DNA of 63,619 nt, counting the filler, from Octopus bimaculoides (taxonomy: Eukaryota): NCBI RefSeq assembly GCF_001194135.2. It is 4 parts of 4 records of this genome, joined end to end, with 100 filler letters (N's around TTAATTAATTAA, not from the genome) between each part and the next. Parts side by side here need not be neighbours in the genome. Positions count along the whole stretch, not along the records: positions 1 to 29,622 come from NC_068982.1; positions 29,723 to 54,706 come from NC_068995.1; 2 more parts are not named here. One strand, 5' to 3'. Each line of letters begins with the position of its first letter. Within the stretch, counting starts at the first letter, position 1. Below, piece by piece: positions 27,807 to 41,270 of the stretch. The position numbers and the translations under genes are program-made. Below the pieces are notes generated by a model, which did no database searches, had not been told where the DNA came from, and saw only the letters and a program-made list of their open reading frames with translations.

Positions 27807-29301
27807 GTAATCTGATGTATGTATGTATGTATGTATGTATGTATGTATGTATGTATGTATGCATGTATGTATTTATATATGTATGTACGTACGAACGAGG
27901 GGGTACTGAAAAGTTCCTGGATTTTGCTAGAAGAAAATACAGAAGGATCAGTAAATTATGATTTTATTGACCATATTCTCCACTCAGATTTACAAACTTA
28001 TTGCAGCAGTCCTTCAGTTTTTCTAAACCTTGTGAGAGAACTCGGAAGATTGGGCCTCCTCCGAGGCCTTTTGCGATACCCTTGAAGCTAGGAACTTTTC
28101 AGCACCCCCTTGTAAACACATATTTGCGTGTGTATGTGGGTGGGTGGGGGATGGCTTCGGCGAGATATAATGTGTCAGTCAACATGAACTTTAGAATATG
28201 TTTGACCCTGCTTTTAGTACCGAGTCTGTAACTATTATAACAATAATGAACTGAAATTAACATATATATACATTTATGTGAGAGAGTATGAGTTAACGTG
28301 TGTGTATCTGTGTGTGAGTACATGTGTGGGTGTGTGTGTGTGGGGTTCATGTGAGTGTATGTGTGTTAATGTGTTTTTGTGTGTGCGTGTATTTGAGCGT
28401 TTGTGTACGTGAGTGTGTGTCCGTATAGAATTACAAGTTTGCATTATCTGTGTCTGAGCATGCATTTGAGACTGATAAGCGGAATCTTGCTTAAATGACA
28501 AGTTTAAAGATAGATCTGCACACTTTTAGAGAGATACAGACGAATGCATAGATAGTTAGATAAATAGATCAACAGACAGGCAAATAGATGACTAGGTAGA
28601 GACACAGATAGATAAATAAGCAGATAGGTATAAACGTATATAGGTAGATAAGCAAGTAGGCAGAAGAGTAGGTCGATATATATATATATATANNNNNNNN
28701 NNNNNNNNNNNNNNNNNNNNNNNNNNNNNNNNNNNNNNNNNNNNNNNNNNNNNNNNNNNNNNNNNNNNNNNNNNNNNNNNNNNNNNNNNNNNNNNNNNNN
28801 NNNNNNNNNNNNNNNNNNNNNNNNNNNNNNNNNNNNNNNNNNNNNNNNNNNNNNNNNNNNNNNNNNNNNNNNNNNNNNNNNNNNNNNNNNNNNNNNNNNN
28901 NNNNNNNNNNNNNNNNNNNNNNNNNNNNNNNNNNNNNNNNNNNNNNNNNNNNNNNNNNNNNNNNNNNNNNNNNNNNNNNNNNNNNNNNNNNNNNNNNNNN
29001 NNNNNNNNNNNNNNNNNNNNNNNNNNNNNNNNNNNNNNNNNNNNNNNNNNNNNNNNNNNNNNNNNNNNNNNNNNNNNNNNNNNNNNNNNNNNNNNNNNNN
29101 NNNNNNNNNNNNNNNNNNNNNNNNNNNNNNNNNNNNNNNNNNNNNNNNNNNNNNNNNNNNNNNNNNNNNNNNNNNNNNNNNNNNNNNNNNNNNNNNNNNN
29201 NNNNNNNNNNNNNNNNNNNNNNNNNNNNNNNNNNNNNNNNNNNNNNNNNNNNNNNNNNNNNNNNNNNNNNNNNNNNNNNNNNNNNNNNNNNNNNNNNNNN
29301 N

Positions 29302-29365
<64 letters not shown>

Positions 29366-29666
29366 ACAGGAAACAGAGAAATAGATAGACAGAAGAGTAC
29401 ATACATACATACATACATACATACATACAAACATACATACATACATGCATACATACATACATGCATACATACATGCATACATATATATATATCTATAAAT
29501 AGACAGAAAGGTGGGTAGATAGAAGATACATTTCTTTTATTAGCCACACAGGGCTCAACGAAGATGGGACAAATACAATGTAGAGCTTTTCTTTTTGGAA
29601 GGGGGAAAGGAAGGAAAAAAAANNNNNNNNNNNNNNNNNNNNNNNNNNNNNNNNNNNNNNNNNNNN

Positions 29667-29678
29667 TTAATTAATTAA
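29667..29678. other. Artificial scaffold linker TTAATTAATTAA inside an N pad
   Basis: The identical 12-mer, centred in N runs, also occurs at 54751-54762 and 61010-61021. It has stops in all six frames. Confidence 0.93.
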
Positions 29679-29722
29679 NNNNNNNNNNNNNNNNNNNNNN
29701 NNNNNNNNNNNNNNNNNNNNNN

Positions 29723-29932
29723 AAGCGCAGGCATGGCTGTGCGGTAAGTAGCTTGCTTACCAACCACATGGTTCCGGGTTCAGTCCCACTGCGTGACACC
29801 TTAGTCAAGTGTCTTCTACTATAGCCTCGGGCCGACCAAAGCCTTGTGAGTGGATTTGGTAGAAGGAAACTGAAAGAAGCCCGTCATATATATATATGTA
29901 TATATATATATGCATGTATGTGTGTGTGTGTG

Positions 29933-29963
<31 letters not shown>

Positions 29964-30170
29964 TTGTGTTTGTCCCCCACCATCGCGTAACAACCGATGC
30001 TGGTGTGCTTACGTCCCCGTAACTTAGCGATTCGGCAAAAGAGAACGATAGAATAAGTACTAGGCTTACAAAGAATAAGTCCTGGGGGTCGATTTGTTCG
30101 ACTGAAGGCGGTGCTCCAGCATGGCCGCAGTCAAATGACTGAAACAAGTAAAAGGATAAAAGAATAAAAG
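29723..30170 (+). mobile_element. Full-length SINE family B copy
   Basis: GCGCAGGCATGGCTGTGCGG...GGGTTCAGTCCC...(TA)n(GT)n...GGTGCTCCAGCATGGCCGCAGTCAAATGACTGAAACAAGTAAAAG. Confidence 0.92.
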
Positions 30171-31851
30171 AAACTGTTCAATTTGTGGCTAATCTTCATG
30201 TCAAACTGCAGGAAAAGAGCTTCGTGGGCCTGAGACGAAATACATACAGATATGACTACCTATAACACTTTTGGCAGTCCAACGTAAAAACTAAAAAGTA
30301 ACTCATTAAAGTTACGCAATCTCCGAAGATTTGATGCAATCTGCTTATAAGATTTCCTAATGTAACTGATATTGTTTATTGTTAATGGAATACGTGTAAG
30401 ATGACGTAACTAAATAATTTATGAACAAATTGTTTTGTTTTGCTTTCTGTATGTTTTCTATGACCTGGAGACCATATTGTCGGCTAAATACGCACAAGTT
30501 CGTCACACTTGACTGATCACTGAGAATGTAAAACGGTGGTACAAGTATCGCAAGGCATTATGTTCAACGCTTTTGTTCAGCAATTTTGCCAATCTACTGC
30601 CTGGGCTAGCATCTTATTTTATTGGCCCTGAAGGGGAGAAAGCAAATTTTACATCGGCAGATTTGAACTTAGAAAACGTCCTAACGATTCTGTCAATCCG
30701 CTGCCGTCAACATAACTACATTTTATCTTCAAGATCCAATAAGAAGCACCTCTATGTGGACGCTCGATATGCTAGAAATAACAGCTTATTCTGTAGTAAT
30801 TCATATATTATAGATTATACAATCTTTGATACGCTATGTATGAGTAAAAGACGTAATGCTCACGGCTGAAATACTTTATCATAGGCCTGCTCAATCAGAA
30901 ATCTGGGTCTAAACAACAACAACATTATCTTCTTGAATGTTAAATGTGTTCGCATCCTCCAACTCACCAGGCATTACCTGAGTAGCTAGAAATAACAACC
31001 AAATTCCCTCAAATAACATCCAGCTTTCTTGAGAAAGTACAAACGATGCTTTGGGAATTAACATGGTCGTGAGTTCTCAGGCACATAGATGGAATAGTCA
31101 CGGTTGGAATTGCCTATGGTCGTAGATCTGCTCGATGTGAGCTACCTTAAGTTAACCAACAGTAGTAACACCACTAACGTCCGTCTCCACCACCAGTACC
31201 TCCATCTCTGCCATCACCGCCACCGCCAACAACAACAACAACAACAACAGCAATAACAACAACAATAACATCAACATCAAACACAATAACAACAACAACA
31301 AGGTACCACACGTGTTTGTGTCATGTTTTGCATTCTACACAATGTCAGAATTTGTCATTTTGTTTTCCACATTTGAAATCATAGCTCATTAGTATTCCTA
31401 AATGCTATATAATAGCTCATTAGTATTCATTACGTAATTAACTACAGATATTTGTCCCCAGTTTGTTATTTTTATTCATTTATTTATCCGTGTATTTGCT
31501 TCACTCCCATTTAGAAGAATTTTTGGAAGTAGTGTAATAAGAATCGGTGAGTACCACACAAAGTACTATGTTTCTTTACGTTTTGAGTTCTAGTCTTGCT
31601 GAAGTTGACTCAGCCGCTTATACTTCTTTGATGGGTGGTAAAAGAATGATAATATTTTTGTGTATTTCTAGTATTGGTGTTCATTCTAAAATAAGCTATA
31701 CTGAAACCGAAATGGGTGGTCTTGAGCCTGTAACAAAAATTATCGTATTTGAAAATATATAACACACATCTTATTTCCACGAAAAATAAGCCACAAATAA
31801 AACTCACATGTGGTCCAACATGTGAAATTGGGCCAATATTGCATGTTTTAA

Positions 31852-32281
31852 AGGCGGCGAGCTGGCAGAAACGTTAGCACGCCGGGCGAAATGCTTAGCC
31901 TTAGTTCGTCTGCCTTTACGTTCTGAGTTCAAATTCCGCCGAGTTCGACTTTGCCTTTCATCCTTTCGGGGTTGATAAATTAAGTACCAGTTACGCACTG
32001 GGGTCGATGTAATCGACTTAATCCTTTTGTCTGTCTTTGTTTGTCCCCTCTATGTTTAGCCCCTTGTGGGCAGTAAAGAAATAAGAAACGTTAGCACACC
32101 GGGCGAAATGCTTAGCGGTATTTCGTCTGTCTTTACGTTCTGAGTTCAAATTCCGCCGATGTCGACTTTGCCTTTCATCCTTTCGAGGTCGATAAATTAC
32201 GTACCAGTTGCGTACTGGAGTCGATCTAATCGACTGGCCCCTTCTCCAAAAATTCCGGGCCTTGAACCTAGATTATAAAAG
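31852..32281 (+). mobile_element. Head-to-tail dimer of two SINE family A subtypes
   Basis: The first copy (31852-32083) ends CCCCTTGTGGGCAGTAAAGAAAT. The second (32084-32281) ends AAATTCCGGGCCTTG... Confidence 0.9.
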
Positions 32282-32625
32282 AATTTTGCATGCTTTAATG
32301 CTTCCTGGTTCAGTTACACAGCGTGGTACCTTAGGCAAGAGTCTTCTACTTTAGCCCCTGGCCTACAAAAGCCTTGTGAATGGATTTGGTAGAGGGAAAA
32401 TGAGCTTTCTCCAAACATCCTAATTGCTCGCTTCCCTCCTGGCTCCACTTGGGTCATCTTCCATTGCTCCAATTTGTTTTGGTAGACGGCCTTCCGTCTA
32501 CCAAATCCACGCACAAGGCTTTGGTTGGTGTGAGGCTATAGTAGTAGACACTTACTCAAGGTGGGTCTGAACCCGGAACCTTGTGGTTGGGAAGCAAGCT
32601 TCTTTGTATGTATGTATATATGTAT

Positions 32626-33318
32626 GTCATTATGCAGTTTTATTTCAAGATTTCTTGTCAATAGAGAAAGAGCCAGTTTCTAACCTAGATCCAAGGCTCC
32701 TTCATTGGAATTTCAACAACATCGCGGTATTTTTGTCTGTCTGTCTCTATGTATGTATGTATATGTGCAGATTTATATGCTTTGTTTTATGTATGCATTT
32801 TCATACATATAAGTTGCATATATAGAAATGCTTAAATGGTAAACTTCTGGAAAGTTTTACAAATTTTTACAGTTCCAGTGATGGCTTGAATCTGTAGCCT
32901 TCGAATCAGCGTTCTCCTTTCTGGTTTTGAGAAGCCTAATTTCTCAAGATTTGTATTTAGGCAGTGTGTTATATATCCCAGTGTCCCAATAATTACAGGT
33001 ATAAACCTGAACTTGTAATCTGGATATAGTAATCTGGATTTCTCAATAGTTCAGCATATGTATTATCTTTTTCTTTGATCTTTAGATTTATGTTAACATC
33101 CAATGGGCAGCTGATTTCCACAACTGTACACAGTTTTTCTTCTCTATCCCAAATCACTATATCAGGTCTGTTGTGCTTACATTTTATTGAGGTCTTCACT
33201 GAGACATTCCACCAGTACTCCTTCTCATTATGAGTGGCTATGACTTCTACCATACTGTGGGTTCTTATTTCTTTGTCATTGGGGTTATCCTTCCGACGGA
33301 TCTCATTATACAGTGTCC
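32626..33318 (-). mobile_element. R4/Dong-like RLE LINE, 5'-truncated 3' fragment (endonuclease plus 3'UTR)
   Basis: ORF 32993-33361 reads TLYNEIRRKD...HNRPDIVIWDREEKLCTVVEISCPLDVNINLKIKEKDNTYAELLRN, a PD-(D/E)xK-type motif. After a frameshift it continues YPDYKFRFIPVIIGTLGYITHCL...LGFSKP to a TAA at 32832-32834. Confidence 0.88.
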
Positions 33319-34829
33319 TATGTATGTATGTATGTATGTATGTATGTATGTATGTATACACACAATTTTGTTCCGAACGTTAATCAATACTCTCTTTTAC
33401 TCTTTTACTTGTTTCAATCATTTGACTGCGGCCATGCTGGAGCACCGCCTTTACTCGAGCAAATCGACCCCAGGACTTATTCTTTGGATGCCTAGTACTT
33501 ATTCTACCGGTTTCTTTTGCCGAACCGCTAGCTTACGGGGGACATAAACACACCAGCATCAGTTGTCAAGCGATGTTGGGGGAACAAACACAAACACACA
33601 AACATATGCACACACATACATATAGAAATACACAGAGAAAAATTTATTAAATCAGTCATGTTTCAAAAAATTAGACGGACATGCTCGGGGAAAAAAGAAG
33701 CTAATGAAATAGCTTTGGTCTGGGCGTCGAAAACGCATTCAGAAATAACTCTTTTCATCTCATGAAAAAAATACATATTTTGTTCAACAGCTGAAAAAGA
33801 AAAAAAGCAATACACTTTGGTGATCATTGTAGTATGCTTGGTTAAACATAGAATTAAGGGCGTCGAACAATTTTGTCACAGTTGCAGCTATTTATGTTTC
33901 GCTTTTGTCACAGTTGCCGTTTTTTTTGTGGGGGGGGGGGGTATTTTTTTTTAGCTCTTGTAACGTTTGCAAATATTTTTACACATTTGTAATAGATGCA
34001 ATATTTTTCGACTGACTTTTAGTACTTATTTATTTATTTATTTATTCATTTATTTATTTATTTATGGTTGCAAATGTTTTTAATGTTTGCAATAGTTGCA
34101 TTGCAAATGGTTTTAGATTTTGCGATAGTCTCAATAGAATATTTTGTTTCGTTTTGTAAACTTTATTTTTCAAAGCTGCTAATGGTTTAAGCTGTTTCGC
34201 GCGCTCACGTGGTTAATACTGTAAATTTTTTTTATTTCACGGTTGCTAATAATGTTGTTTTAAGCTCTTTTTGCGCACGTGGTTGATAACGTGTCGTAAC
34301 TTTTTTTTCGTTGTTTTTCTTCTTCACGCGGTTGTTAATGTTTTAAGCTTTTCTCAAACTCGATAATATTTTTATCTTTTCTCACAATCACAGTTGTTTC
34401 TAGCTTCTGAAAACAGTCATACACGTTTTCAGACTTTGTCATTGTCGGAAACGACTCAAGTCGGTAACACAGTCATAAACATATTTTAGTCATATTAAAG
34501 TCATAAATGCTACTGCTGCTGTGGTTGTTGTTATTGTCGGTGGTGGTGGTGGTGGTGGTGGTGGTGGTTGTGGTATTTGAACTGTGATAAAATGCGTTCA
34601 AGCCATCACCATCCTTTTTCTTTTCTCTTTATGTCAACTATAGCACATCTAAGACTCAACTACCTAATACGTACCTTTCGTCTTGAATAAAGCGGTATGG
34701 TGTGTTTTGAAAGAAAATTAGTCTTTATTTCTCGTAGAACGGGTTCCTTCAGAGGAACGCAGGGTTTCCCTCGCTGCATCAAACCTTTTTCAAGGATATT
34801 TTTTTCTTTTTTTTTTTTTTGCGACAGTC

Positions 34830-35345
34830 GCAGATATCCCTCTCTTAAGCTTTTTCAGTTCGAGTCACAGTTGCAACTGTCTCAATCTTCTATAAAAGTT
34901 ATTCATGATTGCTTCTATCATAATCCACAGTCACAAACGCTACGGCTCCTATCACAAACACAAACGTTTTTGGTTATGTCATAATTACGTCTCACCTTCT
35001 ATAGCAGTGACAAACACATTTCAGTTTCTATCACAACCACAAATATATCTCAATTTCCATCACAGTTACAAACGTCTTAGTTTCTGTCACAGCTGCAAAC
35101 GTCTTCAGTTCGGTCACAGTTACACACAATACCACGACTTCTATCACAATCACAAGCGTCTTAGATTCTGTCACAGTAACAAATGTCTCGGTTTGTAGCA
35201 CAGTCGCAAATGTCTTTGGTTCTATCATCGTCACCAAATATCTCGGCTTCTGTCACAGACACAAATGTCTCGGTTTTTAGCACAATCACAAACCTCTGAA
35301 GTCATCTATCACAACGATATCTTGGCTTTTCTCAGTCACAAACAC
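34830..35345. repeat. Degenerate 27-bp minisatellite
   Basis: Units start at 35139, 35166, 35193 and 35220 (consensus ~TTCTGTCACAGTCACAAATGTCTCGGT). Confidence 0.85.
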
Positions 35346-36353
35346 ATCTTCACAAACAGTTTAGCTATTATTGTAACTTAGCAGTAACGAATCTTTCTAC
35401 TTGTCGCGTATTCAACTCTATCTTCAGCTTCTCATACAACCATGTATATACTTAGAAAATGGAAATTCGATTCAAGAAGCAACCACACACACACACAAAA
35501 ACAGATACGCACACACACACAAACGGATACGCACACACACATATACACACATACACAGACACACAAAGACAGATAGACATACACACACACACTCTCTTTC
35601 TCTCTCTCTCTCTCTCTCTTTCGCACTCCCATTCACTCTCTCTCTCTCTCATTCACTCTTTCTCATTCACTCTCTTTCACCCTCTTTTTCTTTGTTTTTC
35701 TCTGTTTTTCTCTCTCTCTGTCTGCCTCTCTCTTTTGCTGTCTCTCCCCTCTCCCCCTCTCTCTCTCTCTCTCTTCGTCTCTCTCTGTCTATCTTTATCC
35801 TTCCTTCCTCTCTGTCTTTCTCCTTGTCCAGAAACATAACGGAAAGACCATACATGATTTGAAATCATTGGCGAAATAGGCTGATAGTTCAATATCTTGT
35901 CCATTCAAGCATTCTGTCTCTATGTTTTAAAGTTAAGAAATCGATATTCCTGATCACAAGAGAGAATACTGCTTGAATAACAATAAAAGAATAAAGACAG
36001 AGTAAACAGTACTGCGTATATTGTGTAGAGGTGCACTATTAGACTATTAACAGTCAACTGTTAACAGCCAGCCGTTAACATATATGAACTACATAAAATA
36101 AACCGGTCCTAATTTAACAATCAGACAGTTAACTGTTAGCAGATGAACTGCGGATATTTACTAAGTAAATGAACTGAACTGCACGTAGGGATAGTAAACA
36201 GTTCAATTGTATGTGAAAAGTAAACTGTTAATAGCTGGGCTTTTCACTGTTAGTTGTAATTACAATTGGATATTCATGTACGAACGGTTCTCTAACCGAT
36301 CAAACTGATTAACGAATAGTTTTTTCTGAAGACAACTAAACTCACATAACGAG

Positions 36354-36482
36354 CTGAAATTTGATCAACGAACTACGAGCAGACTACGAACGCGTATAAG
36401 TGACTGGGAACCTATTCGCTTAATGAACTGAAATTTGAACAGCAAACTACGAGTAGACAGCGCACGCGTATAAGTGGCAGGG
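36354..36482. repeat. 74-bp period tandem duplication
   Basis: CTGAAATTTGA...AACTACGAG.AGAC...ACGCGTATAAGTG at 36354 and 36428. Confidence 0.8.
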
Positions 36483-36663
36483 AGAGCGTGTACGAATGAT
36501 TCGTTCACGTCTGTCTACGCATTGCATGGAGCTTGTAAATTTTCTTATTTCAAATAGAGAATAATATTTCTCATATGTTTGCAAAAAACAAATTCAAACG
36601 AGATCGGCTGCACCTTTTACCCTACTAGAGATGATAAAGTATCAATGAAGTACAGGGATCGAG

Positions 36664-36708
<45 letters not shown>

Positions 36709-37059
36709 TCTCTCTGCTACGTTACACAATGAGAAAGGTCGTCTGGAACCTGGTCACAGTAATGCTGTTCACAGCATTTTCATTATTTTCGCAGTGCTCA
36801 GCATTTTCATTGTTTCCAGTAAGCTGTTTGCAAATGACGGTCATAGACTTTCTCTCACACTGGAAAGGATCGTCCGAGATCATTCACAACTTCCCTTTCT
36901 CCAGAAAGGGAAAAAGGATTGAACGAAGAGGGTTATTATCTACCCACTTCTCATAAAAAAAAACTGTTACCAACTGCAAACCAAAGATGGGTTTGCAACT
37001 CACTATAGAAGACAAATAAGCAGGAAGATTTTTAGAAATGTCTTTGAATTGTAAAATGC

Positions 37060-37715
37060 TGTTCAGTGGACTATGAACAATAAATTGTTGTAGAATGAGC
37101 AGTGATCATAAAAATGTTGTTAAACATGAATATGTTGTTTAGTGAACTGTGAACAGTAAAATGTTGTTAAAAAGTAAATTGTTTTGTCAATTTAATTGTG
37201 AAGATTAAGCTATTAGAAAATGTACATTAAAGTGTTGCTTAACAGTAAAGTAGTGTTTAATCAGCTATGAAAATGTAATTATTTCAAAATAAACTCGGAA
37301 CATTAAAGTGTTTTTAAACACCTAAGTATTGCTTTATTACCTGTGAACATGTATAAGTTTCTAAATAAAATTTTTTTAAGCAATAGGATGTTGTTCAATA
37401 AATTATGAAATTTAAACTGTTACAAAATAAAACGTGAACAGTTTAAGTTTTGCTTAATTAACTATGAATATGTAATTATTTCAAAAGAAACCGTGAACAT
37501 TAGGGAGTTGTTAAACAGTAAAAGTATTGCTTAGTTAACTAATGGACAAGTAACTATTCCAAAACGAACCGTGAACATTAAAGTGTTGTCAACCAGTAAA
37601 TTGTCATTGTTCACTAAATTGTAAACTGTGAAATGTAGAATGAACATGTGAATAGATTCGTTTTGAAGAATTAACTGTGAACAGCGAAATGTCGTTCAAT
37701 GAAATGTGAACAGTG
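37060..37715. repeat. Degenerate ~76-78 bp AT-rich satellite
   Basis: ACATT(A/G)...GTGTT unit starts at ~37223, 37299, 37496 and 37574. Confidence 0.7.
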
Positions 37716-38147
37716 TGTTAAAGAGAAACTCTTTTTATTGATTAATTCGCAAAAGAAAGCATTTTATCCATAATTTTAGAGCCGAGAGGACGGACAATTC
37801 CGGAGGATTAGGCTAGTTCGACATAATTGGTATTGATTTCTTTACATAGACATGAAGACAATTTTCGAAAGGGTGGGATGTAGTTAATTAAATCGATCAC
37901 GGTATATTTACCATTGGTACAACGTTTTTATCGACCTCCGCAAGTATGGAAGGCAATTTCGATATTTGAGTTGGTAATTTGGCTAAATTAATGGCGACCT
38001 CTCGACTCTTTCCTTACACCTGTGGTGTTGTGCGTACGTTATAAACGAATGATTTGTAAGACACACAAAGTACCATGAATTTAGAGGAAAAGACAAGACT
38101 AGTGATTCCCATCTTTTCCACTACCAAAAACCATTTTAAAAAATATC

Positions 38148-38376
38148 TTTTGGCTTTTACTTGTTTCAGTCATTAGACTGCGGCCATGCTGGGGCACCGA
38201 CCCGAAGAATTTTTAATAGAATGAATCGATCCCTAGTACTTATTTTTCTTCTCTTTTTTTTTTAAGCTACGTACTTATTTTATCGGATTCTATTGCCGAA
38301 CCGCTAAGTTAGATGGACATAAACACACCAGCAGAGATTGTCAAGCGGTGTGAGGACAACATAAACACAAACACAT

Positions 38377-38407
<31 letters not shown>

Positions 38408-38656
38408 TACATACATACACACACACACACACATACATACATACATACATACATACATACATACATACATACATACACACACACACAAACACACACACGA
38501 TGGGCTTCTTTCAAATCAACCAAATTCCTTCACAAGGTTTTGGCCGGTTCGAGACTATAGTAGAAGACACTTGCCCAAGGTGCCATGCAGTGGAACTGAA
38601 CCCGGAACTATGTGGTTGGGAAGCAAACTTCTTATCACACAGCCTCGACTGCGCCT
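38148..38656 (-). mobile_element. Full-length SINE family B copy
   Basis: Reverse complement of the 29723 architecture, with an internal (CATA)/(CA) tract. Confidence 0.9.
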
Positions 38657-39340
38657 ACGTAAATAAGTTTTTCCCTTGGACTCCAGAGTTTTGAAAGGTT
38701 CGTCAATTCAATAACCAGATTGTATTAACTAACGGCTAACTCGGTCTTTTCGTTTCGTTTCTCAATAAAAGATATATGTAAATGACTAATTATACATTTT
38801 GCGCTGCTGTCATTTACGATTTTAAACAGTGGTTTTTATGATTGGAGATATAATTTCGAAGTGTTCATAGTATCATGGCGAGGATCTGATCAAAGATTTT
38901 GCAATTAAAATAAATAAAAATGTAGATGAAAACTTTTTTAATATAAATAAAGTGGAAGTATACAAAAATAAACATTATTCTCCATCTTACTGTTAGTTTT
39001 GTTTCATTTTGGACAATAAGAATTTATTCTATGGTTTATTATTGTTTATATTTTGAATTACATATATATGGGGTACCAAGATCTTCCAAGTGCTTGGGGC
39101 TGTTATGGGTCTTAAACTGGCCCTGAAAATACCACAAGGCTATGCGAAAATCCATCATCCTTAGAGCTGGATAAAATAATTCTACCGGTTCTACCATATT
39201 TATGTGAATACAATGTTATGTCGAATATAAGTCGATCCCCCATTTTTCGTAGCTAAAATAATTTAGCACATCTATCCTCGTTTATCACTGGCGTTTGGTT
39301 TCCAACAAACATCGTGATAAATGAATCGGCTGTAAATGTA

Positions 39341-39490
39341 TCATCTCCACGTACTGTAAATGGAATGGATGTTAGATTCATTGATGCCAAACTCACTGCC
39401 CATAACACTGAAGCTTCCATCGTCATATATTTTCTTGGTCATCTCTACCTTTTCCTGTTCGTTAGGATCAGGTACCTTTGCATGTTTTCA
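39341..39490 (-). pseudogene. Decayed Tigger/pogo transposase N-terminal HTH fragment
   Basis: Minus frame KHAKVPDPNEQEKVEMTKKIYDDGSFSVMGSEFGINESNIHSI resembles the K..KV...QEKVE...F.INES...I pattern of Tigger CENP-B-type HTH domains (recalled pattern, not a search). Confidence 0.55.
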
Positions 39491-40812
39491 GTTCATTGAT
39501 CCTATGTTGATCGGTACAACATAGGATCCGTATTAAAAAATATATGCTGCCTTGTAGCACGGTCATATTAACACAAGCGACAGTCACTACATTCTGGGTA
39601 GCTGAGCATCGTGGGTGGTCGCTGGGGCGCGATTCTGTAGTACAAGCAGAACTTTCGACTGATTGCCACTCCCGCGTTATCACAGATCAATCAGTGCTAA
39701 GCGTAACATGATTCACAAGTGAGGGTACCGTGTTATCCCGGATCAGTAATGAATGAATTAGCGATAAAAGAGGCTACATGTAATATATTTGGGAAAAAAA
39801 AATTCAGAATGCGAATTCTACGCATATTTTTCCTTGTGATTCTTTATTTTCAAACTTGAAACTTCTAATCTCACCAAATATTATGAAGAAATTATTATCT
39901 CCGTTAAGGGACAATAGTTCTTTAATCAATGGATTCCATTTACTTCACTGTATTCTATAGACAAATTACCTTCATATACTTTACTGTGCATAACACAATT
40001 CTCCAAATAACTCCAGCTATTCTTCTAGCTTTACCGTTTCTTTGCTTGTATCCTTAAATCCAACATCGTTGGAATATATCCATATTTTCAATCATGTTCT
40101 ATGTATTCAGTCAATTCTTTTTCCAGTTCTGGATTAGAGAGAAAAGACCTGCTTTCTTCTCAGAGACTGTTCATTGTTTAGCATTTCCTGAAATGAGCTT
40201 TATTCTTTCCTCTTTACCTAACGTTGCTTGCTCTTAACAATCTCAAATTTCCTAGAGGCTGCAATAGTGGTTGGAGTTTTCAGCAAATTCTATAGTCATA
40301 GATCCAAGCGTTTCCCTGTAAGCAATACGCCGCTTTTACACATCCATACTTTCGTTATAAGACTATATACTAAATCTATTTTTCACAACTAGCATACGTC
40401 AGTACTATAAGTTTCACCTTTTAAATCAAATAATTACTCTTATAGAGTAGAATGTATAACCGCTCACCACCAGCGTACTAATAGAATTTACAATTGCCAT
40501 CAGATGTCTTCGTTACCCACACACAATGTTTTGTAGCCGCAGGTGAAGAAGTGCATACGTTAGTCGTCAGATGTCTCGCGGCTGCTGTTTTCGCTATCTT
40601 CGTTTTTACAGTTTTGTTGTTGCGTTTATTATTTTTGTTCTTTTTGTTCTTCGAACATTCGACTGTAACAGGACTTACAATTTAACATTATTTTTTTATG
40701 TTTAATTCCTTGCATCATACACGAGCGAATACAGTAGGTCATATTATCATCATCATCATCGTCATCGTCGTCGTCGTCGTTGTCAGCATCATCATCATTA
40801 TTATTCTCATTA

Positions 40813-41025
40813 CGGTGGCGAGATGGCAGAATCGTTAGCACGCTGGACAAAATGCTTAGTGGCGTTTCGTTCGGCCTTACGTTCTGAGTTCAAATTCCGC
40901 CGAGGTCAACTTTGCCCTTCATCCTTTCGGGGTCGATAAATTAAGTACCAGTCAAGTACTGGGGTCGATGTGATCGACAAGTACCCTCCTCAAAAATTTC
41001 AGGCCTTGTGCCTTCAATAGAAAGG

Positions 41026-41075
<50 letters not shown>

Positions 41076-41270
41076 CAGTATTATTATTATTAAGTTAGAG
41101 AGCCGACAGAGTCGTTACTACACCGGATGAAATACTTTGTAGCGTTTCTTCTAGTTCTTTACGTTCTGAGTTCAAATGCTGCCGAGGTCGATTTTGCTTT
41201 CACCCTTTCGAGGTAGATCAAATATAGCACTAGCCAAGCACTGGGGTCAATGTAATCTACTTGCCCCACA
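40813..41270 (+). mobile_element. Two SINE family A copies separated by (ATT)n
   Basis: 40813-41030 is intact; 41095-41270 is decayed. Confidence 0.85.
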
